Shown: positions 17,281 through 28,603, counted from the stretch's first letter. The stretch is DNA of 49,104 bases from Solirubrobacterales bacterium (GCA_035695265.1 DASSEM010000010.1:1-49104); one strand, 5' to 3'. Notes: generated by a model from the sequence alone, not told the origin. Program-made: numbers and translations.

Positions 17281-17803
17281 CGCGCCCGGCCTCGAGCTGA
17301 TCGCGCACGAGATCAACTCGCGCCACGGGGACGCGATCGTCGGCACCGCCTTCGAGCACGGACAGGCGGCGCTGCTCGCGGACCCCGACCAGATCCGCGA
17401 GATCCTCACCTTCCTGAGGGAGGAGCCGGCGCACGAGTACCGCTTCCTCGCCAGCGTCCACGGCGCCGACTACCTGCCGGCCGAGCCGCGCTTCGCGGTC
17501 CACTACGAGCTCCTCAACATGCCACGAGTCGAGCGCCTGCGAGTGAAGGCGCTGCTCGCGGACCCCGGTGACGACAGCCTGCCCGAGCTCGACTCGGTGG
17601 TCGACCTCTTTCCGACCGCCGACTTCCAGGAGCGCGAGGTCCACGACTTCTTCGGGATCGTCTTCCGCGGCCACCCCGACCTGCGCCGGATCCTGATGCC
17701 CGAGGACTACGTCGGCTGGCCGCTGCGCCGCGACTTCCCGATCGGCGGCGAGCCGGTGATCTTCACCAACACCGAGGACACCGTCCCGGGATGGACGAAG
17801 TGA
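17273..17803 (+). CDS. nuoC: NADH-quinone oxidoreductase subunit C
   Basis: [44 protein letters not shown]. There is an 8-nt overlap with nuoB. Confidence 0.92.
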   Translation: MPDAPGLELIAHEINSRHGDAIVGTAFEHGQAALLADPDQIREILTFLREEPAHEYRFLASVHGADYLPAEPRFAVHYELLNMPRVERLRVKALLADPGDDSLPELDSVVDLFPTADFQEREVHDFFGIVFRGHPDLRRILMPEDYVGWPLRRDFPIGGEPVIFTNTEDTVPGWTK

Positions 17804-17816
17804 GGGCCGGGGCGCG

Positions 17817-19133
17817 ATGAACCCGACGACCGGAGCATCCGACCGCGTGGCGCCCGACTACGCCGACACGGTGCGGACCCCCGAGCAGATGGGCCGGGAC
17901 GCGATCGGGCGCACCGAGGCCCAGGTGATCGGCACCTCGCCGATCGAGCGAACAGCGCTCGAGCGCGAGGAGGAGCTGTTCACGATCAACATGGGGCCCC
18001 ATCACCCCGCCACCCACGGGGTGCTGCGGCTGCTCGTCAGCCTCGAGGGCGAGGTCGTCCGCGACATGAAGCCGGTGATGGGCTACGTCCACACGGGGAT
18101 CGAGAAGTCCTGCGAGGACAAGAGCTACTGGAAGGTGATCCCGTTCATCGAGCGGATGGACTACCTCGCCTATTACTCGAACATGGCGGCGTTCTGCGGC
18201 GCGACCGAGACGCTGCTCGATCTCGAGATCCCGCCGCGGGCCGCGTGGCTGCGGATCCTCCACCTCGAGCTGAACCGGATCCACTCGCACCTCGTCGGGC
18301 TCGGGACCTCGGCGCTCGACCTCGGCGCGATCTCGATGTTCTGGTACTGCTTCCGCGAGCGCGACACGGTCCTCGACCTGTTCGAGATGTCGTCGGGGCA
18401 GCGCATGCACACCCGCTACTTCCAGGTCGGTGGGGTCGTCGAGGACATCCCGCTCGGCTTCGCCCGCAAGGTCAGGGAGTTCTGCGCGCTGATGCCGGGG
18501 CGGATCGACGAGTACGAGGCGCTGCTCGACCACAACGAGATCTTCCTGCGGCGGATGAAGGACGTCGGGATCGTCCCGCGCGAGCGGCTGCTCGAGCTCG
18601 GTGTCACCGGGCCGCTGCTGCGCGCCGCCGGCGAGCCCTGGGACCTGCGCAAGGTCGAGGGCGGGCTGCCGTACGGGGACTTCGACTTCGCCGTCCCGAT
18701 CGGCACCTTCGGCGACAACTGGGACCGCTACCGGGTGCGGCTCGCCGAGATGCGGGAGTCGGTGCGAATCATCGAGCAGGCTATCGACGGGCTGCCCGAG
18801 GGGCCGTGGATCGCCGACGACCGCCACGTCGTCCTGCCCCCGCGGCACGAGCTCGCGACCTCGATGGAGGCGCTGATCCAGCACTTCAAGCTCGTCACCG
18901 AGGGCTTCCGGGTCCCGCCCGGCGAGGTCTACTTCCCGGTCGAGGGCCCGCGCGGCGAGTACGGCGTCTTCCTCGTCGCCGACGGCTCCGCGAAGCCCGT
19001 TCGCGTCCACATGCGCGATCCCTCGTTCGTCAACCTGCAGGCGCTGCGTGAGATGTGCGTCGGCGGCTACGTCGCCGACCTGATCGCCAACCTCGCGATG
19101 CTCGATCCGATCCTCGGCGGGATCGACCGTTGA
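17817..19133 (+). CDS. nuoD: NADH-quinone oxidoreductase subunit D
   Basis: INMGPHHPATHGVLRL, a C-terminal MLDPILGGIDR-type ending, and a length of 438 aa. Confidence 0.95.
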   Translation: MNPTTGASDRVAPDYADTVRTPEQMGRDAIGRTEAQVIGTSPIERTALEREEELFTINMGPHHPATHGVLRLLVSLEGEVVRDMKPVMGYVHTGIEKSCEDKSYWKVIPFIERMDYLAYYSNMAAFCGATETLLDLEIPPRAAWLRILHLELNRIHSHLVGLGTSALDLGAISMFWYCFRERDTVLDLFEMSSGQRMHTRYFQVGGVVEDIPLGFARKVREFCALMPGRIDEYEALLDHNEIFLRRMKDVGIVPRERLLELGVTGPLLRAAGEPWDLRKVEGGLPYGDFDFAVPIGTFGDNWDRYRVRLAEMRESVRIIEQAIDGLPEGPWIADDRHVVLPPRHELATSMEALIQHFKLVTEGFRVPPGEVYFPVEGPRGEYGVFLVADGSAKPVRVHMRDPSFVNLQALREMCVGGYVADLIANLAMLDPILGGIDR

Positions 19134-19933
19134 TGGAGGAGAGCGACCGCAGCGAGCGGGAGCGCGAGCAGGCCCGCGGCGGCTCCGGCGAGCCCCCGGT
19201 CCCCGACGAGGCGAGCAAGCCGGGTGCCGGCGAGCCGGCCCAGGCCGGTGCCGAGGTCGCCGGCGATCGCGAGGGTGCGGGCGGCGCCGAGGGCGCCGCC
19301 CATCCCGGCGTCGAGGACAGCGCCGCGATCCAGACCCCCGCCGCCCACGAGGTCGACGTCCCCGACGATCTGCGGGCGGAGATCGAGGAGATCGTCGCCC
19401 GCTATCCGCAGAAGCGCTCGGCGTCGATCCCCGCCCTGTTCGCGGTCCAGCGCCGCTACGGCTGGTGCACGCCCGAGGGGATCCGCCAGGCCGCCGCGGT
19501 GATGGCCGTCAGCGCCGCCTTCCTCGAGGCGGTGGCGAGCTTCTACGACCTCTTCCACCTCGAGCCGGCGGGCCGCCACCGGGTGCTGGTCTGCACCAAC
19601 ATCTCCTGCTGGATGCGGGGCGGCGACGAGCTCCTCCGCTCCTTCTGCGGCGCGGCGGGCGCCGACCCCGAGCTGGCCGCCCACGGCGGCGCCGTCTCCG
19701 CCGACGGCGAGCTCTACGTCAGCGGCTTCGAGTGCCTCGGCGCCTGCGACCTCGCCCCGATGGCCTCGATCGACGAGCGCTACTACGGGCCGCTCGACGA
19801 CGAGGACGCAATCGCTGCGATCACGGCGCTTCGCGATGGCCGGGAGGTCCTTCCCGGCAAGGCGATGGCGATCCGCCCGCTCGCCGGCGGTCCCGGGGGC
19901 GACCCCGACCCCCGCGTCGCGGGCGCGGGCTGA
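19133..19933 (+). CDS. nuoE: NADH-quinone oxidoreductase subunit E, with an N-terminal low-complexity extension of about 78 aa
   Basis: The core is RYPQKRSASIPALFAVQRRYGW...VCTNISCWMRGG...FECLGACDLAPM ([2Fe-2S] Cys ligands). The ATG at 19133 overlaps the nuoD stop (TGATG). Confidence 0.88.
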   Translation: MEESDRSEREREQARGGSGEPPVPDEASKPGAGEPAQAGAEVAGDREGAGGAEGAAHPGVEDSAAIQTPAAHEVDVPDDLRAEIEEIVARYPQKRSASIPALFAVQRRYGWCTPEGIRQAAAVMAVSAAFLEAVASFYDLFHLEPAGRHRVLVCTNISCWMRGGDELLRSFCGAAGADPELAAHGGAVSADGELYVSGFECLGACDLAPMASIDERYYGPLDDEDAIAAITALRDGREVLPGKAMAIRPLAGGPGGDPDPRVAGAG

Positions 19934-20027
19934 GCCCGCGGCCGCCACTCAGCCTCGGCACACAACAGCCACCGAACGGTGGCGTTTCGCGCCCACCCGC
20001 GCGCTTTCGCCCGCCAACCTCCCGCCC

Positions 20028-20990
20028 ATGCCGGACGTGGGTCGCTCAGATGACGTAGAGCAGCACCTCAGCGACCCACGTCCGGTGGAGCGCGAGAATC
20101 GAATGGCGATCCTGGCTCGCCGGCAGTACGGGGTCGTCGCCCACGATCAGCTGCTCGAGCTCGGCTTCACGCCGCCCGCAATCCGCTACCGCCTTCGTTG
20201 CGCACGGCTCCGGATGGTTCATCCGCGGGTCTACGCGGTCGGCGCTCAACCGCTGGTCGCTCACGGCCATTGGTACGCGGCGCTCCTTGCCTGCCGCCCT
20301 GACCCCGTTCTCAGCCATCTCAGCTCCGCCGCCAAGCGGGGGCTCGCGAAGGAACGAAGTGGTGTCCACGTGACGACCACCAATCGCTCCGCGCGGCGGC
20401 TAAAGGGCGTCACCATCCACCGTTGCCGCCGACTCGATCCCGCCGACGTCGAACGCATCGACGGCCTGCCCGTGACAACCCTTCCGAGGATGTTCCTCGA
20501 CCTCGCCGAGACCGCACCGTTCGACGTGGTGCGGGGGATTCTCGAGGAAGCGGAGCGTCGCGAGCTGCTCGACCTGAACGCCATCGATGCCTGCATCGCC
20601 CGCAATCCGGGGCGGCGAGGGATTGCGCCGCTGTCGCGACTGCTCGCCATCTACATGCCCATCGGAACTGCCAACGAGGGGCTCGAGGTCGACTTCACGC
20701 GTTTCGTCGCGGAGCTCGGGCTCCCATCGCCACTCTGCAACACACTCGTCGACGGCCTCCTCGTTGACTTCTACTGGCCGCAAGCGCGCCTCGTCGTCGA
20801 GCTCGACAGCCGCGGCTTTCACGCCCACTGGGCGGCCGCCGAGCGGGACCGAATGCGGGACGCGCAGCTGATGCGGCTCGGGATCCACACGCTGCGCGTC
20901 ACCGGCCGCAGGCTGAACCACGATCGGGCTGCCCTGTTCGGCGACATCGCCGCCCGCTTCGCAGCCACGGGACACCCATTGGACCGGTAG
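20028..20990 (+). CDS. wHTH (AbiEi-like N-terminal domain) plus DUF559 (Vsr/PD-(D/E)XK-like endonuclease fold) protein
   Basis: The N-terminus ILARRQYGVVAHDQLLELGF...RLRMVHPRVYAV resembles the AbiEi_4-type domain. The C-terminus VDFYWPQARLVVELDSRGFH...ERDRMRDAQLMRLGIHTLRV is the DUF559 signature. The start is uncertain (ATG 20028 or ATG 20103). Confidence 0.75.
   Translation: MPDVGRSDDVEQHLSDPRPVERENRMAILARRQYGVVAHDQLLELGFTPPAIRYRLRCARLRMVHPRVYAVGAQPLVAHGHWYAALLACRPDPVLSHLSSAAKRGLAKERSGVHVTTTNRSARRLKGVTIHRCRRLDPADVERIDGLPVTTLPRMFLDLAETAPFDVVRGILEEAERRELLDLNAIDACIARNPGRRGIAPLSRLLAIYMPIGTANEGLEVDFTRFVAELGLPSPLCNTLVDGLLVDFYWPQARLVVELDSRGFHAHWAAAERDRMRDAQLMRLGIHTLRVTGRRLNHDRAALFGDIAARFAATGHPLDR
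20031..20085. repeat. Perfect 16-bp inverted repeat with a 23-nt spacer at the 5' end of the DUF559 gene
   Basis: CCGGACGTGGGTCGCT (20031-20046) is the exact reverse complement of AGCGACCCACGTCCGG (20070-20085). Confidence 0.9.
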
Positions 20991-21022
20991 GTTTCGCGAG
21001 GTGTCGCGAGCGGGAGAACAGC

Positions 21023-22341
<1,319 letters not shown>

Positions 22342-22345
<4 letters not shown>

Positions 22346-24906
22346 GCGCGAAGCCGATCACGATCGTCGTCGACGGCGTCGAGATCGAGACCGTCGAGGG
22401 AACGATGCTGGTCGACGCCGCCAAGCACGGCGATGTCGAGATCCCGGTCTTCTGCTACGAACCGAAGCTCGGCGACCCGGTCGGCGCCTGCCGGATGTGC
22501 CTGGTCGAGATCGAGGGGATCCCGAAGCTCCAGACCTCGTGCTCGACCCCGGTCCGTGACGGCATGGTCGTCTACACGCAGAACGACCGCGTCAAGGAGG
22601 CCCAGAACGCGATCGTCGAGTTCCTGCTCGTCAACCACCCGCTCGACTGCCCGGTCTGCGACAAGGGCGGCGAGTGTCCGCTTCAGGACATCTCGATGGG
22701 CTGGGGCTCGGGACGCAGCCGCGTCGTCGATCCGAAGCGCCATTTCCAGAAGCCGCTACCGCTCTCGCCGCTGATCAGGATCGACCGCGAGCGCTGCATC
22801 ATGTGCTACCGCTGCGTCCGCTTCAGCCAGGAGGTCTCCGAGGACGAGCAGCTGCAGCTCCTCGGACGCGGCGACCGGTCCTACGTCGGGACCCACGAGG
22901 ACCGCCCCTACATCGGCCCCTTCCACGGCAACATCATCGAGCTCTGCCCGGTCGGGGCGCTGACCTCCCAGGCGTATCGGTTCCGGGCGCGACCGTGGGA
23001 CATCGAGGACGCGGGCTCGGTCTGCACCCTCTGCCCGAGCCAGTGCAACGTCAAGTTCACCGTTCGCGACGAGAAGGTCGCGCGCGTTCTCGCCCGCGAC
23101 AACGCGGAGGTCGACGATGGATGGCTCTGCGACAAGGGTCGCTTCGGCTACCAGATGCTCGCCGGCCCGGATCGCCCGCTGGCGCCGCGGGTCCGAGCCG
23201 GCGGCGGCCTCGAGCCGGCGAGCTGGGAGGAGGCGATCGAGCGGGCGGCCGCCGGCCTCGCTCCCGCGGTCGGGCGGACCGCGGCCATCGTCGGCGGCGC
23301 CACCTCGAACGAGGAGGGCTGGCTGATCCAACGGCTGGTGCGCGGCGCGCTCGGCTCCGCCGACGTCACCTCCACGCCCCGCCCCGGCCTCAGCCGCGGC
23401 GCCCGGGCGCGGCTCGCGGCCCCCGAGCTGAGCGTCCCCACGGCGGCGATCGACGACGCCGGGGCGATCCTCGTCCTCGGCTGCGACCCGATGAACGAGA
23501 TGCCGATCCTCGAGCTGCGGATCCGCAAGGCGGTGCGCCGCAACGGCGCCAAGCTCCTCGTCGCGGGCGAGCGGCCGACGGCGCTCGACGGCGGCGCTGC
23601 GATCGGAACCAGCGGCTGCCTCGAGGCCTACCGCTACGCCCCCGGCGAGGCGCTCGAGCTGATCGACGAGCTCCGCGAGGCGATCGCATCCGGATCCGGC
23701 GAGGGCGAGCTCGGCGAGCTCGCGGCGACGCTGCGCGACTCGGGGCCGGTGGTCGTCGTCTGGGGCGAGCGGATCCTCGCCGGCGAGGACCGCCAGCAGG
23801 TGGCGGAGTCGCTGCTCGGCCTCGCCGGCTTGCTCGGGCTCGACGGCGCCGCCGGGGCCGGGCTCTACGAGGTCCCCCTGGCGACCAACTCTCGCGGCCT
23901 GCGCGAGGTCGGCTGCGCGGAGGGGCTCGGGCCGGGCTACGCCGCGGCCGATCGCGGCCGCTCGGCCGCCGAGATCCGGGCGGCGCTCGAGGCGGGGGAG
24001 ATCGACGCGCTGATCCTCGCCGATGTCGACCCGATCCGTGACTTCGATGACTCCGAAGGCTGGAAGCGCGCGCTCTCAGCGGCCCGGTTCACGCTCACGA
24101 TCTCGATGTTCGGGGGCGCGTCGGCGGAGGCGTCCGACGTCAACCTGCCCGCGGAGGGACACGCCGAGAAGGAGGGGACCGTCACCCACACCGACGGGCG
24201 CCTCCAGCGCGTCCGCCCGTCCGTGCCCCGTCCGGGGGCGCTGCGACCGCTCTGGCAGGCGCTCAGCGAGCTCTCGGCCCGCCTCGGCGCCGATCCCGGC
24301 GCCGGCACCGCCGGCGAGGTCTTCGACCTGATCGCCGCCGATGCGTCCTGCTACGCGGGCATCGACGTCGACGACATCGGCGGCCTGGGATTGCGCTGGC
24401 AGGACCGCAACGATCTCGAGCTCGACGATCTCGAGCCCGCGAGCGCCACCGGCACCGATCGCGTGGCGGCAGGCGACGGCGGCGGCCCGGGGCTCCGGCT
24501 CGGCACCTACCGTGACCTCTGGGCCGACTACGTGGCGGCCGCGAATCCGGCCCTGCGCTTTCTCGCCGCCACGCAGAAGCTCGAGCTCTCCCCCGCCGAT
24601 GCCGAGCGGCTCGGTCTCGGCGACGGCGATCGGGTCGAGGTGAGCGCCGGCGAGCGCTCGCTGATCGCGACCGTCGGCCTCCGCGAGCGGATGCTCGAGG
24701 GGACCGCGTTCCTGGCCGAGGGGACCGCGCACGAGCCGGCCGGCCTGCTCGCCGGCGCCGGCCGGGTCGAGGTCGCACCGGCGCCGGAGCCCGAGCCGGA
24801 ACCCGCCCCGCCGCGGCCGGCCGACGAGCAGGGCGAGGCGACTGCGCCCACGGCACCTGAGACGCCGGCGCTGGTCGTCACCAAGCGGGAGCCGGTCTCG
24901 TGGTAG
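22342..24906 (+). CDS. nuoG: NADH-quinone oxidoreductase subunit G
   Basis: The GTG at 22342 overlaps the nuoF stop (GTGA). The N-terminus is ITIVVDGVEIETVEGTMLVDAA...CYEPKLGDPVGACRMCLVEIEG, followed by HPLDCPVCDKGGECPLQD and CIMCYRCVRF. The first 359 codons of the 1213-aa track ORF are out-of-frame overlap with nuoF. Confidence 0.92.
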
Positions 24907-25901
24907 CCGCCGACGTCGGCTTCGCCGAGGCGAGCTGGATCATGGTCGTGAAGTCGATCGTGATCTTCGCCGTGATCCTCGGGATCGTGCCGATGATCCT
25001 GCTTCTCGAGCGCAAGCTGCTCGGCCGCTTCCAGGCCCGCTACGGGCCCAACCGGGTCGGCCCGAAGGGCCTCCTTCAGCCACTCGCCGACGTCGTCAAG
25101 CTGCTCAGCAAGGAGAGCTACAAGCCCGAGGCCGCGGTGCCGATCCTGTGGGCGATCGCTCCGGCCCTGGTCATCCTCAGCGCCACCGCGACCCTTGCGA
25201 TCATCCCGTTCGGCGACGTCGCCAACGGCAACGTCGGCCTCTACGGCATCGACGTCTCGATCGGGATCCTCTACGCCTTCGCGTTCGGCTCGATCTCCTT
25301 CTACGGGCTTCTGCTCGGCGGCTGGGCCTCGGGCTCGAAGTACAGCTTCATGGGCGCGATGCGCTCGGCCGCCCAGCTGATCAGCTACGAGATCTCGATG
25401 GGCCTGGCGCTGCTCGGCGTGATCATGATGGCCGGCTCGCTCAGCCTCGTCGACATCGCCAACGCCCAGGCCGAGACGATCTGGTACGTCATCCCGCAGA
25501 TCGTCGGCTTCCTGATCTTCATGGTCGCCGGCTTCGCGGAGACGAACCGGCCGCCGTTCGACCTCCCCGAGGCCGACGCCGAGCTGGTGGCCGGCTACAA
25601 CACCGAGTACGGCGGCATGCGGTTCGGCTCCTACTTCATGGCCGAGTACATGGAGATGGTCGTCGTCTCCGGGATCGCCGCGGCGATGTTCCTCGGCGGC
25701 TGGCACGGGCCCGGTCCCGACTGGCTCGGGCCGATCTGGATGCTGGCCAAGATCCTCGTCCTGATCTGCGTGTTCATCTGGGTCCGGGCGACGCTGCCGC
25801 GACTCCGCTACGACCAGCTCATGAGCCTCGGCTGGAAGGTGATGCTGCCCGTCGCGACGTTGAACGTGCTGGTGACGGCCGTGCTGGTCGTCGTCTGGTG
25901 A
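24900..25901 (+). CDS. nuoH: NADH-quinone oxidoreductase subunit H
   Basis: LLLERKLLGRFQARYGPNRVGPKGLLQPLAD and AETNRPPFDLPEADAELVAGYNTEY. The start is GTG 24900 or ATG 24942. Confidence 0.93.
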   Translation: MVAADVGFAEASWIMVVKSIVIFAVILGIVPMILLLERKLLGRFQARYGPNRVGPKGLLQPLADVVKLLSKESYKPEAAVPILWAIAPALVILSATATLAIIPFGDVANGNVGLYGIDVSIGILYAFAFGSISFYGLLLGGWASGSKYSFMGAMRSAAQLISYEISMGLALLGVIMMAGSLSLVDIANAQAETIWYVIPQIVGFLIFMVAGFAETNRPPFDLPEADAELVAGYNTEYGGMRFGSYFMAEYMEMVVVSGIAAAMFLGGWHGPGPDWLGPIWMLAKILVLICVFIWVRATLPRLRYDQLMSLGWKVMLPVATLNVLVTAVLVVVW

Positions 25902-25918
25902 GAGACTGAGACCGAGCG

Positions 25919-26464
25919 ATGACCGACCCCTATCCCTACCTGCCCGACGACTCGGTCGTAAGCGTCCAACGCGGGCCCGAGCCGGGCGGGGTGAAGGGCG
26001 CCTACCGCGCATTCGGCGAGACGCTGCGCGGGCTGAAGACGACGATGGCGCGGATCGCCGAGGGCCCGGTGACGATCGAGTACCCGGAGGAGAAGACGCC
26101 GGTCTATCCGCGCTTTCGCGGCCGCCACAAGCTGCACCGCTTCGAGGACACCGGGCTCGAGAAGTGCGTCGGCTGCTCGCTCTGCGCCGCCGCCTGCCCG
26201 GCCGACTGCATCCGCGTCGTCGCCGCCGAGAACGACCCCGACGACCGCGTCTCGGCCGGCGAGCGCTACGCCACCGTCTACGAGATCAACCTCGCCCGCT
26301 GCATCTTCTGCGGCTACTGCGAGGTCGCCTGCCCGTTCGACGCGATCACGATGGGCCACGAGTACGAGATGGCCGACTACAACCGCAACGACCTGATCTT
26401 CACCAAGGAGATGCTCCTCGCCGAGCCGATCGTGAAGACCCCGCTCCGCAACGAGGGCGAATGA
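25919..26464 (+). CDS. nuoI: NADH-quinone oxidoreductase subunit I
   Basis: Two ferredoxin-type motifs, [12 protein letters not shown] and [12 protein letters not shown]. Confidence 0.93.
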   Translation: MTDPYPYLPDDSVVSVQRGPEPGGVKGAYRAFGETLRGLKTTMARIAEGPVTIEYPEEKTPVYPRFRGRHKLHRFEDTGLEKCVGCSLCAAACPADCIRVVAAENDPDDRVSAGERYATVYEINLARCIFCGYCEVACPFDAITMGHEYEMADYNRNDLIFTKEMLLAEPIVKTPLRNEGE

Positions 26465-26473
26465 ACCGGCCGC

Positions 26474-28534
26474 TCAGCGCCGGTGCCGCTTCTTCTTCTT
26501 CTTGATCTTCAGCTTCGCGCAGCTCGACGCCGAGTTGTTGCCGGCGCGGTCCTGGGAGACGACGCAGAACTTCATCTTCCCCTTGACCCGCTTCGGCACC
26601 TTCCAGACCACGAAGTAGGTCTTGCCGGTCGCGGGACCGAAGCGGGTCGTGATGTCCTCGATCACCTTGCCGCGCCTGACCACCTGGAGGCGTTCGCGCG
26701 TCTCGCCGCTGTCGTCGCTGGTCCGGTACTTGAGCTTCGCCTTCTTGCCGCTCTTGCCCTTGCTCCTCAGCGCCCGCACGTTCGGCGGGTCGTTGTCGCC
26801 CACCTGCGGCGGCGCCGGCAGGCGCAGCTCGCCGCGGCCGTAGATGTTGTCGGTCCCGGCGACGCCGCGATCGACGGTCGCGTTGAGCAGGTAGCTCTTC
26901 ACGGTCTGCGGTGAGTTGGCGGCGCCGGAGCTCAGCACGAGCGCCGCGGCGCCGGCGGTGACCGGCGTCGAGGAGCTGGTGCCGTTGAAGCAGCCCGGCG
27001 CGTAGCTGAGGCTCTTCACGCAGGCGGCGGCCGAGAGGTCGGGCTTGACCCGCAGGTCGTTGGTCGGCCCTTCGGAGCTGTAGTCGGCGATCGTCGTCCC
27101 GAGCGCCGGGTCGACGGCGCCGACCGCCACTGCGCCGGGGCTGTTCAGGTCGGCCATCGGCCCGGAGGCGCTGAACGGGTTCTGAGGATGCTCGACCCCG
27201 GCGCCGTTGGTCATGATCTCGAGCACGTCGCCGGCGGTGCCGGAGCCGGCGTTGAACCGGAAGATCGCCATCTGGGCGAAGCCGCCCGCCGGGCACGGGA
27301 AGGAGTCGATGCGCTCGATCGGTGGCGCTGTTCCGCCGCTCGATCCCTGCGAGTCTTCGCTGCTCTCGATCACCGCCGGCGTCGAGTTGTAGAGGTAGAA
27401 GTCGTAGTCGGTCGTGCCCGCGCCCTGGCCCCAGTCGCTCCAGCGGAGGCCGTTGATGAACGAGCAGTCGAATCCCATCAGCTCGTCGCCGGGCGAGAAC
27501 TCGACGAAACCGTCGAGGTCGGAGTCGACGAAGCCGCCACGCCAGTAGCTGCCCTGGGCGCCGAAGCGGCCGGCGCTGTTGCCGGCCGAGTTGAGGTAGA
27601 ACATCCCCGCGTTCACGGCCGAGGTCTGGATCACGCTCGCGATCGGGCCGGTGCCGTTGCCGGGGCCGTCGTAGCGGCCGGTCTGCGAGCGGGTCACGAC
27701 ATCGACGCCCTGGGAGTCGAAGTAGTTGAGCGCCGCCTGCGCGTCGGCGGCCGTGATCGCGCTCGCAAAGTAGATCTGCGCCGACGGCGCCATGTCGATC
27801 ACCGCCTCGGCGACGCCGATCCCGTGGCGGTCGCCGGAGAACAAGCTCGCGGCACAGTTGCTGCCGTTGAACCGGCAGAAGGTCCCGGAGACCTGCGGTA
27901 TCTCCCCGCCGTTCACCGCAGCGTTGTAGTGGCTGGCGCTGAAGCTGTCGATGATCCCGACCTTGACCCCCTGGCCGGTGATCCCGGCCGCGTGCCAGGC
28001 GGCCGCGTTCGTCTTCTGGATCTGCTCGCCGGCGAAGGCACCGACCCGTTGACCGGGGAAGAGCCGTGGCCGCTCGACGCCGGCGTCGGCGGGCTCGGCG
28101 TAGTCGACCGGCGGTCGCACGTAGCGGATCGCGGGATCGGCCTCGAGCCGCTCGAGGCCGGCTAGCGGCACGTCGGCCTGGACGAGCTCACCCGGGACGG
28201 TGATCCCCGGATCGCCGCCGGCGGCCGTGATCGCTTCGCGAGCAGCGGCGGCGTCCCCGTCCCGGAAGAGAACCTCGACGACGATCTCGCCCCGACCGGC
28301 CGCGGTCAGGTCGCCGGGAAGCGGCGCGGGCGACTCCGCGACCGCCTCGCGGAGGACGCTGTTGGCGACGTCCACCTCGCCCTTGTGGGGTGGTGGGACG
28401 GGCGGCGCCTGCTGGTCGAGCGCCTGCGCCGGCGAGCCCGTCCCGGCCAGCGCCGCGACCACGGTCGCGAGCGCGACTCGACGGGCGCCCCCTCGGCACC
28501 AGTCCGGCTGCACTCCCTTCGCCTTCGCTCCCAA
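26474..28534 (-). CDS. Secreted subtilisin-like (S8) serine protease with a C-terminal Ig-like domain and polybasic tail
   Basis: Catalytic triad regions VKVGIIDSF (Asp), GDRHGIGVAEAV (His) and FNGTSSSTPVTAGAAALV (Ser). It has an N-terminal signal/propeptide. The C-terminus has a D-AGN motif domain and ends KLKIKKKKKRHRR. TTG start preceded by GGGGAGGGG. Confidence 0.85.
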   Translation of the reverse strand: MGAKAKGVQPDWCRGGARRVALATVVAALAGTGSPAQALDQQAPPVPPPHKGEVDVANSVLREAVAESPAPLPGDLTAAGRGEIVVEVLFRDGDAAAAREAITAAGGDPGITVPGELVQADVPLAGLERLEADPAIRYVRPPVDYAEPADAGVERPRLFPGQRVGAFAGEQIQKTNAAAWHAAGITGQGVKVGIIDSFSASHYNAAVNGGEIPQVSGTFCRFNGSNCAASLFSGDRHGIGVAEAVIDMAPSAQIYFASAITAADAQAALNYFDSQGVDVVTRSQTGRYDGPGNGTGPIASVIQTSAVNAGMFYLNSAGNSAGRFGAQGSYWRGGFVDSDLDGFVEFSPGDELMGFDCSFINGLRWSDWGQGAGTTDYDFYLYNSTPAVIESSEDSQGSSGGTAPPIERIDSFPCPAGGFAQMAIFRFNAGSGTAGDVLEIMTNGAGVEHPQNPFSASGPMADLNSPGAVAVGAVDPALGTTIADYSSEGPTNDLRVKPDLSAAACVKSLSYAPGCFNGTSSSTPVTAGAAALVLSSGAANSPQTVKSYLLNATVDRGVAGTDNIYGRGELRLPAPPQVGDNDPPNVRALRSKGKSGKKAKLKYRTSDDSGETRERLQVVRRGKVIEDITTRFGPATGKTYFVVWKVPKRVKGKMKFCVVSQDRAGNNSASSCAKLKIKKKKKRHRR

Positions 28535-28567
28535 CTACCCCTCCCCCGAGGGTGAACGGTCGGGAGG

Positions 28568-28596
28568 ATCATAGTTCCGGCATTCGTGCCTTGCAA
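28568..28596 (-). promoter_or_regulatory. Sigma-70-like promoter for the S8 protease gene
   Basis: On the minus strand, TTGCAA (28596-28591), a 17-nt spacer, then TATGAT (28573-28568). It lies about 35 nt upstream of the TTG start. Confidence 0.45.
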
Positions 28597-28603
28597 GCCC
28601 CGT

